A stretch of 64,000 nucleotides of DNA from Candidatus Oxydemutatoraceae bacterium (GTDB lineage Bacteria; Pseudomonadota; Gammaproteobacteria; Poriferisulfidales; Oxydemutatoraceae). The notes below the pieces were generated by a model. The model was given only the letters and a program-made list of their open reading frames with translations, did no database searches and had not been told where the DNA came from. Below, piece by piece: positions 1 to 9,805 of the stretch (the stretch's first letter is position 1; each line of letters starts with the position of its first letter). The stretch is from positions 1,248,001 through 1,312,000 of the forward strand of contig OZ244717.1 in assembly GCA_965218975.1 (NCBI GenBank), given 5' to 3'. Both the position numbers and the translations under genes were made by a program.

Positions 1-1391
1 TGAGCAGTTTTGAGGAATTAAAGGAACGTGGCCGACGATTCCATGCTCAAACCCCTAATTTTTTTGCACAAGCAGTGGAATCCTCCGATCAAGAGACACC
101 GGGAATGGTTTTATTTACCTCCGGTGTTTCAGGAAACCCTTTGGCGGTTCAAGTGAAGTACAAAAATATGTTACATGTTGCGACATATATTGCAAAGACG
201 GACGGTATTACTACCGCTGACGAAGTGCTTTCCTTTATGCCGATTTCCCGTGCGACTAGCCTTTTGTTTGGTTATGTGATGTCACATGTAACCGGATTAT
301 GTGTTAGCTGCCCTGAAAATGTCGAGACAATTATGGGGAATTTGTGTGAGATAAATCCGACGCTGTTATATGGTCCGCCGCAAGTTTATAAATATATCGC
401 TGCTTCAATTTATGACCGGATTGATTTGGCGGACGGGTTACCGCGGAAGTTATATGATTATTACATAAACAATGCGATAGAAAAGAAGCGCCCTATGCGC
501 GGAATAGGGGAAGTTCTAGTCGCAGGCCCTATTCGTGATTTGTACGGTTTGGGTAAAGTGCGCTTGCTATTATCGGGAGGCGACTTGATTCCATCACAGT
601 TATTTGATTTCTTCCGCGCGTTGGATATTAAGATACGAAAAATATATGGTAATACCGAGTCTTTTGGTTGTATTACTTTACAAGCTGCAGAAGAGACAAC
701 CGAAGATGTAGGATATGCGATAGAAGGAATGGAGATTAAAATCTCCGACGAGGGGGAAATTTTATGCCGCGGCAAAAATTTAGTGAGTAGTTATTTAAAT
801 AATCCGCAAGCAACGCAGCAGGCGTTTGATGCGCAGGGTTGGCATCGTACAGGCGATGTGGGTGTGTTGGAGCCTAGTGGTTTGTTACATATCTATGATC
901 GCCTCAATGCAGTAACTGTGATGCCGGATAAAACAAAATATATGCCAAAAGTAATTGAGAGCAGTATCAAAGCATCGCCTTATGTCCATGAAGCTTTTGT
1001 GGGCGGCGGAGATACCGGCGAGTTAGTAGCGGCTGTAATTATTAGTGGTGATTTAGTTGGGAAATGGGCAAAAAATAAAAAAATTCGTTATGCAGGATAC
1101 GCCGACTTAAGCCGCAAAAAACCGGTTCAAGATTTGATTGCAGAAGCGATTGTTTCGGCAAATGCCACTAAGGCGCAGAATAAGCAGCCATCGGTACGTA
1201 AGTTTATTCTTTTTCATCGTCAGTTGAGTTTTCAAGCCGGAGAAATAACATTGATGAGTAAATTAAGGCGTTCGTTTCTCCAGAAAAGTTTTGGTGACAT
1301 TATTCAAGCGGCGCAAAGCGGCAAGGAAAATATTCAATTTTTTGATTCGATGAATAAGGAACAAGTTCTTTTCAACATTTGTCAATGTTAA
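1..1391 (+). CDS. Long-chain acyl-CoA synthetase (AMP-binding family), 5' truncated by window edge
   Basis: FTSGVSGNP P-loop-like motif, YGNTE and TGD adenylate-forming motifs; frame is open from position 3. Confidence 0.85.
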   Translation, partial: SSFEELKERGRRFHAQTPNFFAQAVESSDQETPGMVLFTSGVSGNPLAVQVKYKNMLHVATYIAKTDGITTADEVLSFMPISRATSLLFGYVMSHVTGLCVSCPENVETIMGNLCEINPTLLYGPPQVYKYIAASIYDRIDLADGLPRKLYDYYINNAIEKKRPMRGIGEVLVAGPIRDLYGLGKVRLLLSGGDLIPSQLFDFFRALDIKIRKIYGNTESFGCITLQAAEETTEDVGYAIEGMEIKISDEGEILCRGKNLVSSYLNNPQATQQAFDAQGWHRTGDVGVLEPSGLLHIYDRLNAVTVMPDKTKYMPKVIESSIKASPYVHEAFVGGGDTGELVAAVIISGDLVGKWAKNKKIRYAGYADLSRKKPVQDLIAEAIVSANATKAQNKQPSVRKFILFHRQLSFQAGEITLMSKLRRSFLQKSFGDIIQAAQSGKENIQFFDSMNKEQVLFNICQC

Positions 1392-1411
1392 AAGTAAGTG
1401 CAAATAAATAA

Positions 1412-2266
1412 ATGACGCTGCAATTTACAGATTCGGTTTTGAAAAGGCATAACGCTCAGTCGGTATCGTCATTAAATGGTCAAAGGAGTCCGCAGAACAA
1501 CGGCGCTTTATTGAGTATAAGGGATATTACCTTGACATTCAAGAGAGTTGCAGCAATTACTGACATCAGCTTTGATGTTATGGAAGGAGAAATTTGTGCT
1601 TTGATTGGGCCGAACGGCGCCGGGAAAAGTTCAATGCTCAATGTTATTAACGGAGTGTATCGTGCACAACAGGGAACAATTACTTACAACGGCCATACAT
1701 ACACTCATATACACGCCGGGACGGCGGCAAGAAAGGGGATTGCCAGAACTTTTCAAAACATCGCCTTGTTTCACGGGATGACGACACTTGATAATATTAT
1801 GACAGGTCGCAATCTAAAGATGAAATCGACCGTGTTAGAGCAAATTTTTTATTTTGGCAGGCCACGTAACGAAGAGATCTTTCACCGGCGCAAGGTTGAA
1901 GAAATCATTGAGTTTTTACAAATCCAATCAATCCGGAACACACCGGTCAACAATCTGCCTTATGGTTTGCAAAAACGCGTTGAGTTGGGTCGAGCTTTGG
2001 CCATGGAACCGAAAATGCTTCTGCTTGACGAACCAATGGCTGGGATGAACATGGAGGAAAAGCAGGATATGTCTTGCTTTATTATGGAAATCAATCGTGA
2101 ATTTGGGACAACAATCGTGTTGATTGAACACGATATGAGTGTGGTGATGGATATTTCCGACCATGTGATTGTGATGGATTACGGCAAGAAGATTGGCGAT
2201 GGGAATCCTGAAGAGGTTAAAAATAATCCCGAAGTGATTGATGCCTATTTGGGGATACAGCATTAG
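1412..2266 (+). CDS. Liv-type ABC transporter ATP-binding protein (LivG-like)
   Basis: GPNGAGKS Walker A, ARTFQN, LPYGLQKRVE, LLLDEP. Confidence 0.92.
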   Translation: MTLQFTDSVLKRHNAQSVSSLNGQRSPQNNGALLSIRDITLTFKRVAAITDISFDVMEGEICALIGPNGAGKSSMLNVINGVYRAQQGTITYNGHTYTHIHAGTAARKGIARTFQNIALFHGMTTLDNIMTGRNLKMKSTVLEQIFYFGRPRNEEIFHRRKVEEIIEFLQIQSIRNTPVNNLPYGLQKRVELGRALAMEPKMLLLDEPMAGMNMEEKQDMSCFIMEINREFGTTIVLIEHDMSVVMDISDHVIVMDYGKKIGDGNPEEVKNNPEVIDAYLGIQH

Positions 2267-2277
2267 GAGAGCATGAA

Positions 2278-3201
2278 ATGCTATTTTTTGTTGAAACATT
2301 AATGGTCGGTTTGCTCAGTGGCATCATGTACTCGCTCGTTGCAATCGGATTTGTCTTGATTTACAAATCTTCGGGAGTATTTAACTTTGCCCAAGGGACT
2401 ATGCTGTTATTTGCCGGTTTGACTTTCATCAAGTTGGTTGAGCAAGGGCTGACGTTTTGGTATGCATTCAGCTTGACGTTGGGTGCGATGGTTGTAATGG
2501 GAATTTTGATTGAGCGGTTTGTAATGCGTCCGTTAGCAAACCAATCCTTGCTGTCGTTGTTTATGGCAACCGTCGGGTTGAGTATCTTTCTTGAGGGCTT
2601 CTCTCAAGGACTATGGGATTCTGCAGTGCATGGACTTAAGCTCTCTGATTTTTTTGATTTTGCGCTACTTGATCCTTCACCGATATTTGTTGCGGATTTT
2701 ATTCCTTGGCTGGATATTATCATTGCACGCTTTGATATTTTTGCCGCGATTGTTGCAGGGTTGATGATACTGAGTCTATCGCTATTTTTCCAAAAAACCA
2801 AGACAGGCATGTCTCTACGCGCCGTTTCCGACAATCATCTTGCGGCGCTTGCAGTTGGCATCCCTTTGTCAAGGATCTGGGCGATTGTTTGGTCAGTTAC
2901 CGGAATCATCGGTTTGGTTGCCGGCTTATTGTGGGCAGATCGAATCAGCGTGTCGTTTACTTTGACTGCAGTGGTGTTAAAAGGCTTGCCGGTTATTTTA
3001 GTCGGCGGATTAACCTCAATCCCGGGTGCAATTATCGGAGGTTTATTGATCGGTGTCGCCGAAAAAATGGGTGAAATTTATGTGGCGGATTTGCTTGGTG
3101 GTCAAGGGATTGAAAATTGGTTTGGGTATGCCGCCGCGATGCTGTTTATTCTATTAAGGCCGGCGGGATTATTCGGGGAAAAAGCGACAGAGAGGGTATA
3201 G
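2278..3201 (+). CDS. Liv-type ABC transporter permease (LivH-like)
   Basis: Hydrophobic; GFVLIYKSSGVFNFAQG and C-terminal RPAGLFG motifs. Confidence 0.92.
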   Translation: MLFFVETLMVGLLSGIMYSLVAIGFVLIYKSSGVFNFAQGTMLLFAGLTFIKLVEQGLTFWYAFSLTLGAMVVMGILIERFVMRPLANQSLLSLFMATVGLSIFLEGFSQGLWDSAVHGLKLSDFFDFALLDPSPIFVADFIPWLDIIIARFDIFAAIVAGLMILSLSLFFQKTKTGMSLRAVSDNHLAALAVGIPLSRIWAIVWSVTGIIGLVAGLLWADRISVSFTLTAVVLKGLPVILVGGLTSIPGAIIGGLLIGVAEKMGEIYVADLLGGQGIENWFGYAAAMLFILLRPAGLFGEKATERV

Positions 3202-3205
3202 AGCC

Positions 3206-4324
3206 ATGTTTTACCGAGGCGGTGGTCAAATTGTTAGCAACTATCTGCAAGATCGGCGGATGCTGCCGATTCGTCAGGATCGGTGGTTTTTATTTGCCGC
3301 TCTCTTTGCGATGTTCTTTGTTGTGCCGAATATCGCCGACGATTACTGGCTCTCGGCAATTTTAATTCCTTTGATGGTATTTACCCTAGCCTCTCTGGGG
3401 TTAAATATTTTGACCGGTTATACCGGTCAATTATCGCTTGGCACCGGCGGCTTCATGTTAACGGGAGCGATTGCGGCATTTAACTTTATTTATCGTTTTG
3501 AAGGAATGCCCTTACTGCTTGCTTTTATTCTCGCTGGCATAGTAACCGGTTTGGTTGGGGTGGTTTTTGGTTTACCTAGTATCCGTATTAAAGGTTTTTA
3601 TTTGATTGTTTCAACTTTGGCGGCACATTATTTTTTGTTGTGGTTTTTCAGAACTTACACCTACTTTGTTAATTACGACCGTGCGGGTGTCGTACTGTTA
3701 TCCAGCAAGTATTACGATACTACTTGGCTGACGTTTGATCCTGCAAATTATTATCTGCCGACATTGACTACCATTAATATTAATACGGCGATTGGCAAAT
3801 ACTATATCGCGCTGATAACCCTTATTCTGTTAACCTTAGCCGCTAAAAATCTGACGCGCGGATTATTTGGCCGCAATATGATGGCAGTTCGCGATATGGA
3901 TATTGCCGCAAGTGTCGTAGGAATCCGAGTAGCGATTACAAAATTAGTTGCATCTTTCTTAAGCACTTTTTACATTGGTATTTCAGGTGCATTATTCTCG
4001 TTCTGTTATACGACGAATATTGATTTACGGATGCACGAGTTAGACCGCGGGTTCCAAGTCCTATTTATGATTATTATCGGTGGTTTAGGTACTATTTCAG
4101 GGGCTTTCCTGGGAGCGGCATTCGTTTATCTGTTTGATATTATCCTCAGCTTGGTTGGCGATAAAATATTCGGCGGCGCATTTGATTCGGCATTTGTTGA
4201 GAATTTGTCAAAGATGCTGGTCGGAATCATTATCATTTTGCTCTTAATTAAAGAGCCGGGCGGGTTTGCCGCTCTCTGGCAGAAATATAAGGGAAAACTG
4301 ACTAATTGGCCGTTTCCGCATTGA
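3206..4324 (+). CDS. Liv-type ABC transporter permease (LivM-like)
   Basis: GLNILTGYTGQLSLG, IIIGGLGT, EPGG motifs. Confidence 0.92.
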   Translation: MFYRGGGQIVSNYLQDRRMLPIRQDRWFLFAALFAMFFVVPNIADDYWLSAILIPLMVFTLASLGLNILTGYTGQLSLGTGGFMLTGAIAAFNFIYRFEGMPLLLAFILAGIVTGLVGVVFGLPSIRIKGFYLIVSTLAAHYFLLWFFRTYTYFVNYDRAGVVLLSSKYYDTTWLTFDPANYYLPTLTTININTAIGKYYIALITLILLTLAAKNLTRGLFGRNMMAVRDMDIAASVVGIRVAITKLVASFLSTFYIGISGALFSFCYTTNIDLRMHELDRGFQVLFMIIIGGLGTISGAFLGAAFVYLFDIILSLVGDKIFGGAFDSAFVENLSKMLVGIIIILLLIKEPGGFAALWQKYKGKLTNWPFPH

Positions 4325-4608
4325 TTTGGACGGCTAATTTTGGACATTTGGACAAAAGATAAAAGATTGATTTATCAGTCTTTTGTAACGGAAATGGTGG
4401 TTGAGACAGATAAAAAAGATGACAAGTCCATCATTTTTGCTTATATTTACCGGTTATACGGTCTTAGAAAGGATAAAAGAAAAGACTGTGTATAGATAGA
4501 GAGTTGAGTATTTTACGAAGAACAAAATTCAAACTACTCTAGCTAAATGAAAAACACATGCGCAAGGAAGATGCAAGTGTTTGATGAAAAACTAAAGGAG
4601 ATTATTTA

Positions 4609-5955
4609 ATGAAAAAACTTTTTATAGTAGCAATCAGTCTGAGTGCTATGCTGGCAAGTAGTTCTCTAGTTGTTGCACAGGAGTCATATTATGTGCCGAT
4701 GCCTGTTTATAGAACGGGTCCTTATGCAGCGGGCGGAACGGGCTACTTTGGTGGAATAATTGATTACTTCACTCTGCTTAATGAGCGTGACGGAGGAATC
4801 GGTGGCGTAAAGATTGTTTGGGATGAATGCGAAACAGAATATAACCGTACTAAGGGTATTGCGTGCTACCATCGTCAAAAGACAAGTAAGACGATGGGTG
4901 AAGCGCTATACTTTGACCCTTTGAGCGTGGGTATTTCTTCCTCTTTGATTGAGCAAGGGCGAAGAGATAAAATTTCCATTATCAGTGTGAACCATGGCAG
5001 AACTGAAACGGAACGCGGTGACGTATTTCCATATCAGTTTCCGTTGGGGACGAATGCTTATGACTTCGCCTATGCGACGGTCAAGTTTATGGGGCAGCAA
5101 ATGGGTGGAATTGATAAGCTCAAAGGTGAAACCATTGTTACGTTGTACCATGGTTCGCCGTATGGTCGTGAAGCTAATGAGTTTCTGACTGGTCTGGGTG
5201 AGCAATATGGTTTCACGCATAAGCCGATTGAGGTGCCTCATCCCGGCAATGAGCAAGGTGCACAGTGGCTGAAAATCCGTCGGATGAAACCTGCCTATGT
5301 ATTTTTGCGTGGTTGGGGTGTCATGAATCCGGTTGCTATGCAGGCTGCGGTTCGTAACGGTTACTCGGTGTCTAATCTCATTGGCAACGAATGGAGCAAT
5401 TCCGACGAAGACGTAATTCCTGCCGGTAAAGCGGCTGATGGTTACATTGCTGTAACCGTTCACCGTGCCGGAACCGACTACCCTATGGCAGATCAAATCC
5501 GCCAGCTTTATATTCAGGGTAAAGGTGACCTGGGAGACAAAACCCGTCTTGGCAGTGTTTACTACAATCTTGGCTTGTGGGCGGGCGTTATGTCTGCTGA
5601 GGCGATTCGCGTTGCGCAGAAGCGTTTTGGCAAAAAGCTTTCAAGCGCTCAGGTCCGTTGGGGCTTTGAAAATATTCATTTGACAGAGGAACGTTTGAAT
5701 CAAATGGGTCTTGGGGACATTGTTCCTCCGATTAAAGTGACCTGCAAGGACCATGCTGCATTGCATACCGCGCGTTTCCAACAATGGAGCGCTTCTAAGC
5801 GTCAGTGGAAACTAGCAAGCGGCTGGATTGAAGGCCGCAGCGACTTTTCTCAGAAAGTTGTTGACGAAAATGCTGCAAAATACGCTTCGGAACATCCTGA
5901 GTTTCCGCAACGTGATTGTGACAACCCGAAAGATCGGGACGATTTTGATGTCTAA
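4609..5955 (+). CDS. ABC transporter periplasmic substrate-binding protein (LivK-like)
   Basis: Signal peptide, YRTGPYA and GGIGGVKI..ECET motifs; operon context. Confidence 0.9.
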   Translation: MKKLFIVAISLSAMLASSSLVVAQESYYVPMPVYRTGPYAAGGTGYFGGIIDYFTLLNERDGGIGGVKIVWDECETEYNRTKGIACYHRQKTSKTMGEALYFDPLSVGISSSLIEQGRRDKISIISVNHGRTETERGDVFPYQFPLGTNAYDFAYATVKFMGQQMGGIDKLKGETIVTLYHGSPYGREANEFLTGLGEQYGFTHKPIEVPHPGNEQGAQWLKIRRMKPAYVFLRGWGVMNPVAMQAAVRNGYSVSNLIGNEWSNSDEDVIPAGKAADGYIAVTVHRAGTDYPMADQIRQLYIQGKGDLGDKTRLGSVYYNLGLWAGVMSAEAIRVAQKRFGKKLSSAQVRWGFENIHLTEERLNQMGLGDIVPPIKVTCKDHAALHTARFQQWSASKRQWKLASGWIEGRSDFSQKVVDENAAKYASEHPEFPQRDCDNPKDRDDFDV

Positions 5956-5987
5956 TTAAAGGCTGATAAATTGATATAAAAAATTTT

Positions 5988-6036
5988 GGATGGGTGAGAG
6001 TTAAATAATCATTTGCCCGCCCATCCTTTTCTTTTT
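5988..6036 (+). terminator. Stem-loop followed by T tract (terminator or mRNA stabiliser) after substrate-binding gene
   Basis: GGATGGGTG...CGCCCATCC followed by TTTTCTTTTT. Confidence 0.5.
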
Positions 6037-6060
6037 AAGAAATTAAATAAGTACAGACAA

Positions 6061-6870
6061 ATGTCAGAACCGCTGTTCAATGTCAATAATATAGAAGTTG
6101 TTTATAACCAAGTAATTCTCGCCTTGCGCGGAATGACTCTGGATGTCCCGAAAGGTTCGGTTGTTTCTTTACTCGGAGCGAATGGTGCCGGTAAAACAAC
6201 CACACTGAAAGCTTGCTCGAACCTTTTGCAAGCAGAACGTGGCATGGTCACAAAAGGGTCAATTGAATTCAACGGACAAGATATTTCCCAATTGGAAGCG
6301 CATGAGTTGGTAGACCAAGGTGTTGTTCAAGTGTTGGAAGGACGTCACTGTTTTGCACATTTAAGCGTTGAAGAGAATTTGTTGACGGGGTCGTTTATTC
6401 GTAAGACTGCACCGCGCAAAGAAATCAAAGAAGATTTGGAAAGAGTTTACAACTACTTTCCACGGATTAAACATTGCCGCAAGACACTTGCAGGCTTTAC
6501 TTCCGGAGGGGAACAGCAAATGACTGCGATTGGCCGCGCTTTAATGGCAAAGCCGCAATTGATTTTGTTGGATGAACCTTCTATGGGACTTGCACCGCTA
6601 TTTGTCGAGGAAGTTTTTGAAATTGTCAGGCAATTAAATGAGCAGGAAGGAGTCAGCTTTTTGGTCGCCGAGCAGAATGCGATGGTTGCGTTACGCTATG
6701 CCGATCACGGTTACGTCGTTGAAAATGGCAGGGTAGTCTTAAAAGGTGAAGCAAAGAGTATGATTGGAAGAGAGGATATTAAAGAATTGTATCTCGGCGC
6801 CGCCGATACCGCCGGTATTAGCTTTAAGGATGTTAAATATTATCACCGGCGTAAACCGGTTTTTTTATAA
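6061..6870 (+). CDS. Liv-type ABC transporter ATP-binding protein (LivF-like)
   Basis: GANGAGKTT, SGGEQQM, LLDEPSMGLAP; ATG 6061 preferred over TTG 6013. Confidence 0.92.
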   Translation: MSEPLFNVNNIEVVYNQVILALRGMTLDVPKGSVVSLLGANGAGKTTTLKACSNLLQAERGMVTKGSIEFNGQDISQLEAHELVDQGVVQVLEGRHCFAHLSVEENLLTGSFIRKTAPRKEIKEDLERVYNYFPRIKHCRKTLAGFTSGGEQQMTAIGRALMAKPQLILLDEPSMGLAPLFVEEVFEIVRQLNEQEGVSFLVAEQNAMVALRYADHGYVVENGRVVLKGEAKSMIGREDIKELYLGAADTAGISFKDVKYYHRRKPVFL

Positions 6871-6880
6871 TTTCACGGTC

Positions 6881-7360
6881 TTATAACAAGCTCTGCTTGT
6901 TGACAATTATTCCGTCTTTATCGACATAGACATATTCCCCTGGAACAAAGGAAACTCCCGCAAATTCAACCAAGATATCACGCTCTCCGGTATTGCTTTT
7001 TTCACTTTTCATAGGGCAAGCCGCTAAGGCTTTTAGACCAATTTTCATTTGCAAAATTTCGGAAGAGTCTCGAATACATCCGTAAACGATAATACCTGCC
7101 CACGCGTTTTTTACTGCGGATGCCGCGAGCAGGTCACCAAGTAGCGCGCAACGATGTGAACCGTTGCCATCAACGACCAATACCTTGCCTGCACCTGGTT
7201 CCATCAATGCTGCTTTGACCAAAGAGTTATCCTCAAAACATTTAACTGTGCTGATTTTTCCACTAAATGTTTTATAGCCGCCGAAATCATGGAACAACGG
7301 GAACGCGACCCGGATCGTACTTATATGTACGTCACATAAATCTGCCACTTTAAAGTCCAT
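6881..7360 (-). CDS. rraA: RraA family protein (RNase E regulator / HMG aldolase-like)
   Basis: ADLCD, KCFEDNS, VLVVDG, ALLGD, GCIRD motifs; ATG at 7360. Confidence 0.9.
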   Translation of the reverse strand: MDFKVADLCDVHISTIRVAFPLFHDFGGYKTFSGKISTVKCFEDNSLVKAALMEPGAGKVLVVDGNGSHRCALLGDLLAASAVKNAWAGIIVYGCIRDSSEILQMKIGLKALAACPMKSEKSNTGERDILVEFAGVSFVPGEYVYVDKDGIIVNKQSLL

Positions 7361-7639
7361 ATACTTAGTAAGTATAGCAATAGTTGCCACCTCTGCCTAC
7401 GATGTACGGTGATCGCATTCATATCTTTTTGGAATATTGCCGTTTCCTCTCTTTCGTCTACATTAGAACGCAATTTTTAGTAGCGGGAAAAAATAGAGAT
7501 GCTATGTCGGTTTAGAGCAACTGAACGGGTCTATGATATAAGCTCAACAAGAGCGCTGATATGCTTTCCGATTCATCATCCGCCAGCTTTTATCCCAAAG
7601 GTTCTATAAAGTTCTTTTGTCCGCTTCGTGGGCAGCAAT

Positions 7640-7769
7640 ACGGAAACTTAAAGTGTTGAAGTTTTACAACACTCATTATAAGTAATGTTTTTCGTGCACA
7701 TTGCATAAACCCTCGCCGGATGCTTGAATAATATCCGCTTGGTTTACCCAGTATGTATTAAATCGTACA
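7640..7769 (+). mobile_element. Highly decayed right end of an older IS481-like copy
   Basis: FYNTH-like coding remnant and terminal ATCGTACA matching the right ends at 9569 and 47674. Confidence 0.4.
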
Positions 7770-8074
7770 AGCGCCTGTACAGTGCCAGATACATGTGGGA
7801 TTCACGGCACGACTCAAAAAGGTAACCGATATGCAATATCAGCACATCGGCCACCGCATCAAAGGTTTCTATATGAGCCCATTTTGCTTCAAAAATAGAG
7901 GCTCATGAACACAACGGCTCAACAGAAATATGATGCCCTATTATTTTGGGAGGGTTGTAACTTCCGAACGCATTCAAGATCGGTCGCAGTACTTTGTACC
8001 GCTGGCGCCGGCGTTATCGCCGCACTGGCCTCAGTGCCTTACATGATCGCGGCAAAGCGCCGCGTAAGAGGCGC

Positions 8075-8641
8075 CGGCGGATTGTGCCGGATTGTCGGCA
8101 AAGTGCCTGTCGTCCATGACGCGACTGGGTTCTGTCAACAAGCTCCAGCCCCGACGTCCTTGTCGGGTCGTTCACCGCTGAAAACCAATTGGTTTTCCGG
8201 GCGCGTCTCACCCATGACGAGACTTGGTTCTGTCAATGAGCGCCAGCCCTGACGTCCTTGTCGAGTCGTTCGCCGCTGAAAACCGATCGATTTTCCGGGC
8301 GCGTCTCACCCTGCGCCAGGCAGAATTTCGGCAGCTTTGGCAAATCTCGGCAGCAGTAAAATCTTTGAGCTGATGAAACCGTTTTGTGTTTGTTGCCGTG
8401 TTGTCGGCGGATTGTGCCGGATTGTCGGCAAAGTGCCTGTCGTCCATGACGCGACTGGGTTCTGTCAACAAGCTCCAGCCCCGACGTCCTTGTCGGGTCG
8501 TTCACCGCTGAAAACCGATCGGTTTTCCAGGCGCGTCTTACCCATGACGAGACTTGGTTCTGTCAATGAGCACCAGCCCGACGTCCTTGCCGGGTCGTTT
8601 GCCGCTGAAAACCGATCAGTTTTCCGGGCGCGTCTCCCTGC
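8075..8641 (+). repeat. Four copies (8075-8213, 8214-8314, 8373-8543, 8544-8641) of a hairpin-rich 100-170 bp repeat
   Basis: Shared core GGTTCTGTCAA...GACGTCCTTG...GAAAACC....GGTTTTCC...GCGCGTCT. Confidence 0.9.
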
Positions 8642-8714
8642 CCGAGTGTCCGCACGATTGCGCGCCTGATCGCGGATGCGCCGGATAAAATGCGCTGTAT
8701 TCCGCAGCGGCTGA

Positions 8715-9188
8715 ATGCCAAAGGACAAACAAAACGACCGTTTAAGCGCCGTTGCAGGGCACGCAAGCCGAAACACTTCAAAGCACAGTAATCCGGGGCA
8801 TTGCATCGCCCTGGATACGATTGTGCGTTATCAGCACGGAGTGCGCCGCCACGTCTTAACGGCCATCGATGTCTATACCCGAATGGCAATAGCAACGGCA
8901 ACCAACCGCTGTAACAGCTGCAACGCAGCCGCATTCCTGCGCCTGACCCTGGCGGTGCTGCTGCAACCGGTAAAATATATTCTGACGGACGGCGGTAGTG
9001 AGTTTCAAGGACAGTTTGCTCGGCTCATCCGGGAATCACCCGTGATTGAGCAGTGGCTGACCTATCCCAAGTGTCCAAAAATGAACGCGCACATCGAGCG
9101 CTTCAACCGCACCGTCCAAGAAGATTGTATCGATCATGCAGAAGACCTGCTATTCGCCGATACGGAAGCATTCAATGACTGGTTATGA
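8715..9188 (+). pseudogene. IS481-like transposase, integrase core (rve) fragment
   Basis: IALDT, AIDVYTR, TDGGSEF, MNAHIERFNRTVQE DDE motifs; N- and C-termini cut off by repeat insertions. Confidence 0.85.
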
Positions 9189-9465
9189 AACCGTTTTGTG
9201 TTTGTTGGTGGATTTTCGGCGGATTGTGCCGGATTGTCGGCAAAGTGCCTGTCATCCATGACGCGACTGGGTTCTGTCAACAAGCTCCAGCCCCGACGTC
9301 CTTGTCGGGTCGTTCACCGCTGAAAACCAATTGGTTTTCCGGGCGCGTCTCACCCTGCTCATCCATGACGCGACTGGGTTCTGTCAACAAGCTCCAGCCC
9401 CGACGTCCTTGTCGGGTCGTTCACCGCTGAAAACCGATCGGTTTTCCGGTCGCGTCTCACCCTGC
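9185..9465 (+). repeat. Two further copies (9185-9358, 9359-9465) of the hairpin-rich repeat
   Basis: Near-identical to the 8373-8543 copy. Confidence 0.9.
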
Positions 9466-9574
9466 ACCGTCCTCATGCCGACAACGGACAGAAAGCACCG
9501 ATCCGAATGTTACTGCCGAACGCTTCCCCCGAAGCCCTTCAAAAATCCTATTTAGAGTGGCATCGTACAGCGCC

Positions 9575-9603
9575 TTGCATCTCGATAGAATTTAGGTTAT
9601 CTT
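9575..9603 (+). promoter_or_regulatory. Candidate sigma70 promoter upstream of leuA
   Basis: TTGCAT-N17-TATCTT. Confidence 0.55.
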
Positions 9604-9805
9604 AAAAAGATGATTAGACAATCAAACACCTTATTCTTTTTTTCGCAGAGTCCTTATTGTTTTCTGCGCTGTTTTCTGCGCACAGGATTACGACTGCCGC
9701 GGTGAGCGGTAGCTAAGAATAGCCGGCGGGCTTACACGTAAAATAAATACCCTTATTTTTTATTATCCAAGATGCCACACTTACAGTGTGGGCTGCTTAC
9801 AACAG

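Larger units (their letters stand above)
7776..9569 (+). mobile_element. Degenerate IS481-like insertion sequence with 5-bp target duplication GCGCC
   Basis: Ends TGTACAGTGCCA and TGGCATCGTACA (imperfect TIR); GCGCC at 7771-7775 and 9570-9574; transposase pieces TLYRWRRRY, NLGSSKIFEL, IADAPDKMR, rve core and RPH tail in correct order. Confidence 0.85.

Noticed and set aside
8075-9465. Clustered repeats as a CRISPR array
   Set aside because: Units are 100-170 bp, intervening sequence is irregular transposase DNA, and no cas genes are present.
7905-9555. Many short ORFs overlapping the repeats
   Set aside because: Chance frames through GC-rich repeats; only transposase fragments have recognisable motifs.
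9610-9720. Leucine attenuator leader peptide before leuA
   Set aside because: The ATG-initiated mini-ORF has no Leu run and no convincing terminator/antiterminator was seen.
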